Shown here one piece after another: positions 57,205 to 64,000 of a DNA stretch of 64,000 bases. The stretch lies in NCBI GenBank assembly GCA_964608675.1, contig CAZSOZ010000002.1, forward strand, positions 64,001-128,000, in the 5' to 3' direction. Source of the DNA: an uncultured archaeon (GTDB taxonomy: Archaea; Iainarchaeota; Iainarchaeia; Iainarchaeales; 1-14-0-10-31-34). How positions within the stretch are numbered: the stretch's first letter is position 1; each line of letters opens with the position of its first letter. The notes below the pieces were generated by a model. That model was not told the DNA's origin. It did not search any database and saw nothing but the letters and a program-made list of their open reading frames with translations. The translations under genes were made by a program, and so were the position numbers.

Positions 57205-58313
57205 TTTTTTTTCAGTTTCCTTTTATTTAATTTATTTTTTTTTTCTTCTAAAACCTGTTTGTATAAGGATTCAGTTTTTTCTGCAATAATTTTAACGTCA
57301 AATTCATTTAATACTTTTTGTCTGGCTTTTTTTCCCAAAGAAAAAGTTAAAGACTTGGAAGAAAGCACTGAAATTAAATGCTGTTTTAATTCATTTTTGT
57401 TTTCTTGTTCAAAAATTAATCCTTCTTTGCTTCCTATTTGATCTTTTATTCCAAAAGCATTTGAAGCAATTACTGCGCATTCTGAACTCATTGCTTCAAG
57501 AACTACTACCGGCATTACTTCAAACAATGAAGGCAGAACAAAAACTGCAGAAGACCCAAAAAATAAAGGAAGTTTGTTGTGAGAAACAAAGCCATAAAAT
57601 TTGTGTTTAATTCCTGTTTTTTTTGCTTTCAATTCAAGTTTTTTTCTTTCAGGCCCTTCTCCTACTGCATGTAGTTCAAAGTCAAATTTGTTTTTTAGTT
57701 CGCCTAAAACTTCAATCAGCAATTCAAGATTTTTTTCTTTGTCTAAACGTCCTACAAACAAAATTTTGTTTGAATTTTTTTTTTGTGGAACAAATTCATT
57801 TGAATCAACAAAATTGGGAATAAAAACAACTTTTTCTTTTTGTTTAGGAATTTTATTTTGAATTATTTCTTGTATTTCAGTGCTTAAAGCAATAATTCTG
57901 TCTGCTTTTTTGTATACTTTTTTTTGAAAAAAACTGAATATTGGAGTAAAAAGTGTTTTGTGAAATTTTGCCTGCGGAAGATTATACCAATTGTGTTCTG
58001 AATAAATTAAAGGCTTTAAGCCAAGAAAAGGATAAGCAGTTAAAGGGTAATGGCAGTGAATGATTTCTCCTGAAACAAGTTTTTTTTTTGTCCAGCAGTT
58101 ATGCATTGAATAAAAGTTATGCAAACGGTCAAATGGAATTTTTGAGCCTATTTCAATTGAGTTTTCAATTGAACTTTTTGATGAATACAATTGAATTGAA
58201 TGACTTCTTTTTTTTAGTTCTTTAATTAAATCATATTCTAAAATTTCTATTCCTCCTTTTGAAGGAGGAAATTCATCTATTTTTGAGCCTGTACTCACAA
58301 AAGTGATTTTCAT
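57201..58313 (-). CDS. Glycosyltransferase family 4
   Basis: GGIE, FIPNFVD, LFVGRLDKEKN and FEVMPVVVLEAMS. Confidence 0.92.
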   Translation of the reverse strand: MKITFVSTGSKIDEFPPSKGGIEILEYDLIKELKKRSHSIQLYSSKSSIENSIEIGSKIPFDRLHNFYSMHNCWTKKKLVSGEIIHCHYPLTAYPFLGLKPLIYSEHNWYNLPQAKFHKTLFTPIFSFFQKKVYKKADRIIALSTEIQEIIQNKIPKQKEKVVFIPNFVDSNEFVPQKKNSNKILFVGRLDKEKNLELLIEVLGELKNKFDFELHAVGEGPERKKLELKAKKTGIKHKFYGFVSHNKLPLFFGSSAVFVLPSLFEVMPVVVLEAMSSECAVIASNAFGIKDQIGSKEGLIFEQENKNELKQHLISVLSSKSLTFSLGKKARQKVLNEFDVKIIAEKTESLYKQVLEEKKNKLNKRKLKKK

Positions 58314-59446
58314 TTTTTTACCTTTTTTTCATAGACTTCTTTTATTGTTTTAACTAAAACTGAACTGGTAATTAATTGTATGCCGATAAACAGGCAGGTT
58401 ACCCCAATTAAAGGAATTGTTAAATGAGAAAAATTTGAAGTAAAAAAAACAAGAGTAAACCCTGCTACAAATAAAAATAAGCCGATTAAATTGTATTTAG
58501 TTAAAATAAATCTGTTGTATGCCCAACCGTAAACTATTGCAGTGTTAAGTTTTTGATAAAAAAGTTTTACAACAAAATTTGAAAGAAAACCAAAAAAAAT
58601 AAGGGACACTCCTATTAAAATCATTGAAGTAATTAAAAAAATTCTTCTTAAACCAAAATTATTGAAGTTCATTCCCTGAAAGAAAGGATAAAATAAAACT
58701 GCTCCTGCAATAAGAAAAAATATTCCTATTAAACCAAACAATTTTAAGGGATTATATAATTTTATTACTTCAAGAATTGAAAAAAGAAAATTAAATCCTG
58801 ATTTCAGGCTGTTTAATTTTGAGTTTCCTGTTCTTTCAGAATAATTTATTGGTACAAAATTCATTTTCCATTTTTCATGGACAGCTAAAGCAGTCATTGC
58901 AGGAGTAAATGAAAGATTGTCAGGAAGAGAATCAAAATTAGAACAAATTTTTCTTTTAATTATTCTCATTCCTGATGCAGTGTCTTTTACTTTGCTTTTC
59001 CCAAAAAAATTCAGCAAAAAAACAAACATTTTGTTTCCAATAAGCCTTTGCAGAGGCATTTTTGTTCCTTTCCCAAGCCTTGAAGCAATAATTAAATCAC
59101 TGTCTTTTTCAATCAAAGTTTTTGCAAGAAATGAAAGCCTGTTAATTGGATAAGTTCCGTCTGCGTCATAGAATGCAATTAAATCAGAATGCGAATTTTT
59201 GATTCCTGTTTTTAGGGCTGCTCCGTATCCTTTGTTTTCTTTGTGGGAAAAAATTTTTATTTCAGAAGAAAAGTTTTGAAGAATTTTTTCTGTTGAATCA
59301 GTTGACCCGTCATTCACTACAATTATTTTAACTTCTTTTATTGGAGTGTTTTTTATGATTTTTTGTTTTTCTTTGAGGGTTTGTTTGATGGTTGAAATAA
59401 TTGCTTTTTCTTCGTTGAATGCAGGAATAATTATAGTTAATTTCAT
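58310..59446 (-). CDS. Glycosyltransferase family 2 (DPM1-like) with C-terminal TM helices
   Basis: IIPAFNEE, VNDGSTD, NKGYGAAL, DADGTY and DTASGMR. Confidence 0.92.
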   Translation of the reverse strand: MKLTIIIPAFNEEKAIISTIKQTLKEKQKIIKNTPIKEVKIIVVNDGSTDSTEKILQNFSSEIKIFSHKENKGYGAALKTGIKNSHSDLIAFYDADGTYPINRLSFLAKTLIEKDSDLIIASRLGKGTKMPLQRLIGNKMFVFLLNFFGKSKVKDTASGMRIIKRKICSNFDSLPDNLSFTPAMTALAVHEKWKMNFVPINYSERTGNSKLNSLKSGFNFLFSILEVIKLYNPLKLFGLIGIFFLIAGAVLFYPFFQGMNFNNFGLRRIFLITSMILIGVSLIFFGFLSNFVVKLFYQKLNTAIVYGWAYNRFILTKYNLIGLFLFVAGFTLVFFTSNFSHLTIPLIGVTCLFIGIQLITSSVLVKTIKEVYEKKVKK

Positions 59447-59516
59447 TTTATCAGAACGTAATATTTTAATAGTTTGAAATACTATTATGATTACTTAAAT
59501 AAAAAGGTTGCCTTGA

Positions 59517-60266
59517 ATGCAGGAAAAAGCTATTGAAATAAGAAATTTAAGAAAAGAATTCAGGGTAAGCTTGAATCCTCAGTCTTTAACTGAATTTTTT
59601 TTTCCAAGACATAAAACAACGGTTGCTGTTGATTCTTTGGATTTGGATATATTTAAAGATGAAACTCTTGGTTTATTGGGGCCGAATGGAGCAGGCAAAA
59701 CCACTTTAATTAAATTGATGACAGGCATTCTTTATCCTACTTCAGGAACAGTGAATGTTTTTGGAAATTCAATTGAATATCAAAAGCACAAAATTGGCTT
59801 AATGTTAGGCTATGACTTAATTTATTATCGGATGACTGGTTATGACAACTTAAAGTATTTTGCAAGAATTTATAAAATAAAGGATTTTGATTCAAGAATA
59901 AATGAATTAGCTGACTTGTTTGATTTTAGGGAACACTTGTTTGATTACGTTGAAAATTATTCTCTGGGAACTAAATCAAAGCTTGCTTTGGCAAGAGCCT
60001 TAATTCAGGACCCTGAAATTCTTGTTTTGGATGAACCTACTTTGGGTTTGGATATTAATGTTTCAAAAAAAATAAGAAAACTTGTTTCTGAAATGAATAA
60101 AACAATTATTTTAACAACACATTACGAAAAAGAAGCAAAAGAATTATGCGACAAAATTGCTTTAATGGACAAAGGAAGGCTGATTAAATTAGTGGAAAAA
60201 GAGTTTTTTGATGAAGTAATGAAAAAGTTTTCTGAATTAGGTGTAATAAATGCAGTGGTTGAATGA
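59517..60266 (+). CDS. ABC transporter ATP-binding protein
   Basis: GPNGAGKTT, YSLG, VLDEPTLGLD and TTH. Confidence 0.95.
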   Translation: MQEKAIEIRNLRKEFRVSLNPQSLTEFFFPRHKTTVAVDSLDLDIFKDETLGLLGPNGAGKTTLIKLMTGILYPTSGTVNVFGNSIEYQKHKIGLMLGYDLIYYRMTGYDNLKYFARIYKIKDFDSRINELADLFDFREHLFDYVENYSLGTKSKLALARALIQDPEILVLDEPTLGLDINVSKKIRKLVSEMNKTIILTTHYEKEAKELCDKIALMDKGRLIKLVEKEFFDEVMKKFSELGVINAVVE

Positions 60267-61044
60267 AATTATTGCAATAACAAAAAAAGAATTCAAGTTA
60301 AGTATAAGATTCAAGACAGCTTATCTTCTAAACACTTTTGTTAATCCAGTTTTGTCAATTATTCCTTTGTTTATTATTTATTACGGTTTCCTGCATTATG
60401 GGGGCGCAGAAGGACTGGGAGGAATAGATTTAAGCAATTATGTTTCTTTTCTTGTTTTTGGAATAATTGCACAAGCTTTTTTTTATAACGGAGTAAATGC
60501 TTTTTCAGATAAATTCAAAGAAGAAAAATACTGGAAGACAATTGAATCATTGTTTATTGCTCCAATTAATTATCTTTCACTTATAATTGGAGTGGGAATA
60601 AACATTGCATTAAAATTAATTCCCTTGCTTTTTATTTTCATTTTTATTGTTTCCCTTTTTCATTTTGGTTCAATTATAGAAATAATTTTAGTTATTTTAA
60701 TAATGCTTGTAATGCTTGTTTTTTGTCTTGGAATAGGATTAATTTTTGGGTCACTTACTTTGTTTTCAGAAAATTTTGATCCTGTTTTCAGGTATTTTTT
60801 TGCCGGCTGGATTCTATTAAGCTGTTTTGCTTATCCTATTGAAGTCATTCCTGAAAGCATTAGATTTATTGTTGAATTGAATCCTGTTTATGCAGCAGTC
60901 ACTTTCACAAGAACTTTATGGATTAATCAAATTGTTTTATGGAATAATTTTTTGTATGTTTCTGCTTTTGCATTAATTTTTCCTTTAATTGCAGTTTACA
61001 TATTTAAAATTGCATGGAAAAGAATGGAAATACAAGGTTATTAG
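60250..61044 (+). CDS. ABC-2 type permease
   Basis: 6 TM helices, EEKYWKTIESLFIAP and YPIEVIPE...LNP. Confidence 0.9.
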   Translation: MQWLNEIIAITKKEFKLSIRFKTAYLLNTFVNPVLSIIPLFIIYYGFLHYGGAEGLGGIDLSNYVSFLVFGIIAQAFFYNGVNAFSDKFKEEKYWKTIESLFIAPINYLSLIIGVGINIALKLIPLLFIFIFIVSLFHFGSIIEIILVILIMLVMLVFCLGIGLIFGSLTLFSENFDPVFRYFFAGWILLSCFAYPIEVIPESIRFIVELNPVYAAVTFTRTLWINQIVLWNNFLYVSAFALIFPLIAVYIFKIAWKRMEIQGY

Positions 61045-61679
61045 TTTTTTGAACAAATAAAACTAAAACTGTAAGTGAATTTTTTTGGAAGAATTTTTCC
61101 TATCGGGTTATGAGTGTATTTGTATACTTTTTTTATTTCAAAAAAATCTGAAATAAGCAGGCGCCATTCTTTTAATGAAGCAAGCCTTTCATTTGGCTGG
61201 CATTCTGTCCTCCCCCTTAATTTAAATAAAATGAATTCAGAGTTAGGGACAAAAATATTTATTTTTCCGTTTTTTTTGAGTACTCTTTTCATTTCACTTA
61301 AAGCTTTTTTTATTTCAATAAAATGTTCAAGGCTTCCAAGGCAGGCAACAAAATTAAATGAATTTGATTTAAAAGGAAGTTTTGAAACAGTTCCTAAAAC
61401 AAGTTTTGAAGAACAATTTTTTTTTGCTTGACTGATTGCTTGACTGCTGAAATCAATTCCTGTGCAATCCAAAAATTTTTCTGCTTCCTTTAAAAAAAAT
61501 CCTCCTCCGCAACCTGCATCCAAAAGCTTTTGATTTGATTTTTTTTTGATTTCCAGCCATTCAAGCATCTGCAAATTGTATTCTTTTGATGTTTCAAATG
61601 CCCCGAATTCATAAAACCGTTTATTGTACCATTCAGCTGACTGCAAATCAGATTTAAATTTCATTCTTTCAATCATCAA
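61041..61679 (-). CDS. Class I SAM-dependent methyltransferase
   Basis: LLDAGCGGG, GIDFS, LPFKSNSF and LEHF...EMKRVLK. Confidence 0.92.
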   Translation of the reverse strand: MMIERMKFKSDLQSAEWYNKRFYEFGAFETSKEYNLQMLEWLEIKKKSNQKLLDAGCGGGFFLKEAEKFLDCTGIDFSSQAISQAKKNCSSKLVLGTVSKLPFKSNSFNFVACLGSLEHFIEIKKALSEMKRVLKKNGKINIFVPNSEFILFKLRGRTECQPNERLASLKEWRLLISDFFEIKKVYKYTHNPIGKILPKKFTYSFSFICSKN

Positions 61680-61729
61680 ATAATAAAAAAAACTAAATAA
61701 TTAAATAACATGCATCAGAATATCATTAG

Positions 61730-62689
61730 ATGAAACCAAAAATTTCTGTTATAATTGGAGAAAAAAATTCACAGGAATTTATTAAAGAATGCATTACTGC
61801 AGTAATGAATCAGGATTTCAAAGACTTTGAATTAATTGTAGTGGATGATTATTCAAATGATTCAACAAAACAAAAAATAAGAGAACTGCAAAAAAAGCAT
61901 TCATTTAAGTTAATTGAATTAAAAAAGCATTCAGGAATAAGCAAAGCAAGAAACACAGGAATAAAAGAAGCATTAGGAGAATTTATTGCTTTTACTGATG
62001 CAGACTGCATTCCTGAAAAAAAATGGCTGAATGAATTAATGAATGGTTTTAATGAAAAAACTGTTTCGGTTGGCGGACCAAATCTTGTTCCAAAACATGG
62101 AGATAAAAACCAAAAAATTTTTGATGAACTTCTTCAATTAATTGCATGCATTGGTTCAAATTATGTAAAGCATTCAGATAAAATAATTGAAACACATCAT
62201 AATCCTTCATGTAATTCAGTTTACAGGAAAAACATTTTAATGAAAATGAACGGCTTTAATGAAAAGCTTTCAAGCAACGAGGATGCTGAACTTGATTTCA
62301 GAATAAAAAAACAGCAAAAAAAAATCAGGTTTAATCCAAAAGCAATTGTATTTCATCACAGAAAAAATTCAATAAAAAAAATTTTTTTTCAGGCTTTTTG
62401 GTTCGGGTTAGGAAGAATGCAGGCAATAAAAATGCATTCTGGAATGGCAGACTGGTTCAGAATAATTCCTTTAATTACAGTAAGTTTTATTGCCCTGCTT
62501 TTTTTTGCAGGAATTTTTTTTGGGTTTCAATTTTTTTTATATTTTTTGACTGCATTATTTTTAGTTTTTGCACTGATTTCTTTTACAGCAGTAATAAAAT
62601 TCAAAAGATTTACAATAAAATATTTTGTTTTTCTTGTTTCATGGTTTTTTGGATACGGATCAGGAATGCTTAAAGGAGTATTTAAATGA
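61730..62689 (+). CDS. Glycosyltransferase family 2 with C-terminal TM helices
   Basis: VVDDYSND, ARNTG, FTDADC and EDAELDFR. Confidence 0.92.
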   Translation: MKPKISVIIGEKNSQEFIKECITAVMNQDFKDFELIVVDDYSNDSTKQKIRELQKKHSFKLIELKKHSGISKARNTGIKEALGEFIAFTDADCIPEKKWLNELMNGFNEKTVSVGGPNLVPKHGDKNQKIFDELLQLIACIGSNYVKHSDKIIETHHNPSCNSVYRKNILMKMNGFNEKLSSNEDAELDFRIKKQQKKIRFNPKAIVFHHRKNSIKKIFFQAFWFGLGRMQAIKMHSGMADWFRIIPLITVSFIALLFFAGIFFGFQFFLYFLTALFLVFALISFTAVIKFKRFTIKYFVFLVSWFFGYGSGMLKGVFK

Positions 62690-63840
62690 AAATAATGATT
62701 TCCTCTTTGTTTTATAAGAAAAGCTATGGACAAGGGTTATGTGCAGAAAAACTTGCAGAAAAACTTGCAGAAAAAGGACACAAAATAACTGTTTTTCATG
62801 GAGAACAAAAAGAATTCAAAAATAAAAAAAACTTGAAAATACAAAGAATTTCTTCAAGCAAAACAAAAGGAATGAATATTCTTTCTTTTTCATTTAATTT
62901 AAGAAAAAAGCTTGCAGAAAAAAATGATTTTGATGTATTTTATCCTCAGGATTACACGTTTGGTTTAATTGATTTTTCTAAAACAAAAAAAATTGTTTAC
63001 CATGCAAGAGGAACAGTAAAAGGAAATGCCTTAAACAGGCCTGCAGGAGAAACAAAAACTGAATTAATGAGAAAAATTGTTATTCCTTTAATGGAGGAAA
63101 TGGACAAAAAATGCTGTAAAAAAGCTGATACAATTATTGCTGCATCAAACACAATAAAAAAAGAAATAATAAAATTTTATAAAATAAAACCTAAAAAAAT
63201 TGAAGTTGTTTCAGACGGAGTTGACTTAAAAAAATTCAAAAAAACAAAAAAACTTGAAAGAAAAGCAGAGCAGTTAAAAAAAAAACTCATGCTGAAAGAA
63301 AAAAAAATTATTTTGTTTGCAGGAAGGCTTGTTCCTCAAAAAGGAATTCAGTATTTAATTAAAGCAATGCCTTTAATAATAAAAAAATTTCCTGAAGCAA
63401 TCCTTTTGATTGCAGGAAACAATACCAGCCAAAACTACAAAAAAGAACTTAAAAAAGAAATTAAAAAAAACAATCTGAAAAAACAAATAAAATTTTTGGA
63501 TTATGTTGAACAAAAAAAAATGCCTGAATTAATTTGTGCTTCAAATTTAATTGCAAGCCCTTCCACTTATGAACCAATAGGAATAATTAACCTTGAAGCA
63601 ATTGCTTTAAACAAACCAGTAATTATTCCTTCTTCAATCGGTTCAATTGAAACATTAAGGGATTCAGCAGTAATTGTTGATTCAAGAAAACCTGAAGAAA
63701 TATCCCATGCAGTAATAAAAATTTTTTCTTCAAAAAAACTTTATAGAAAACTTTCATCAAAAGGAAGAATTAATGCAAAAAAAGTTGAATGGAAAAAAAT
63801 TGCTTTGAGGATAGAAAAAATTCTGAGGAAAACAAAATGA
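62686..63840 (+). CDS. Glycosyltransferase family 4
   Basis: DGVDL, LFAGRLVPQKG and YEPIGIINLEAIA. Confidence 0.92.
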   Translation: MKIMISSLFYKKSYGQGLCAEKLAEKLAEKGHKITVFHGEQKEFKNKKNLKIQRISSSKTKGMNILSFSFNLRKKLAEKNDFDVFYPQDYTFGLIDFSKTKKIVYHARGTVKGNALNRPAGETKTELMRKIVIPLMEEMDKKCCKKADTIIAASNTIKKEIIKFYKIKPKKIEVVSDGVDLKKFKKTKKLERKAEQLKKKLMLKEKKIILFAGRLVPQKGIQYLIKAMPLIIKKFPEAILLIAGNNTSQNYKKELKKEIKKNNLKKQIKFLDYVEQKKMPELICASNLIASPSTYEPIGIINLEAIALNKPVIIPSSIGSIETLRDSAVIVDSRKPEEISHAVIKIFSSKKLYRKLSSKGRINAKKVEWKKIALRIEKILRKTK

Positions 63841-64000
63841 ATGCAAGCATAATTATTCCTGCATTTAATGCAGAAAAAACAATTCAAAAAACAATTAATT
63901 CACTTTTAATTCAGACAGTAAAACCCAAAGAAATAATTGTAGTGAATGACGGGTCAACAGACAAAACAAAATCTATAACAGAAAAGCTTTCAGAAAAAAA
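63837..64000 (+). CDS. Glycosyltransferase family 2, N-terminal part (runs off the window)
   Basis: MNASIIIPAFNAEKTI...IIVVNDGSTDKT; ATGA overlap. Confidence 0.9.
   Translation, partial: MNASIIIPAFNAEKTIQKTINSLLIQTVKPKEIIVVNDGSTDKTKSITEKLSEK

Noticed and set aside
631-62733. Numerous 60-160-aa ORFs overlapping conserved genes on the opposite strand or in another frame
   Set aside because: They are shadows of well-supported genes and carry no independent motifs.

Overview
AT-rich, gene-dense archaeal chromosome segment. Archaeal markers include Dph5+DUF357, DUF63, Trm5, NucS, Lhr+MPE, a KaiC-like ATPase and a tRNA with a BHB intron. These sit alongside bacterial-type adk, prs, glyA, folC/folD and purN/purH/purD/purSLQ, which best fits a DPANN archaeon, plausibly Ca. 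Iainarchaeota/Diapherotrites (inference, not tested). The window holds scpAB split by an Fe-S (iscSU) cassette, a surface-protein cluster, SAM/adenosine recycling, many DNA-repair genes, a THF/purine cluster, a VapBC pair and the start of a glycosylation locus. No CRISPR array, rRNA, integrase or transposase was seen. Most notable observations: (1) tRNA-Pro(CGG) has a 124-nt intron made almost entirely of four sequence-unrelated hairpins, three of them perfect ~20-bp palindromes, and similar palindromes recur at other neutral sites; (2) an unannotated 32-aa protamine-like Lys/Thr peptide with a strong SD, plus three proteins with the same H1-like tail; (3) an exported protein with 11 tandem Cys-pair repeats resembling the CP12 C-terminal loop; (4) a dispersed set of very basic orphan ORFs. 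Several small genes missed by the ORF track were recovered by hand (Trm112, a 54-aa protein, a truncated YdeI and others). All protein calls come from motif recognition; no database search was run.
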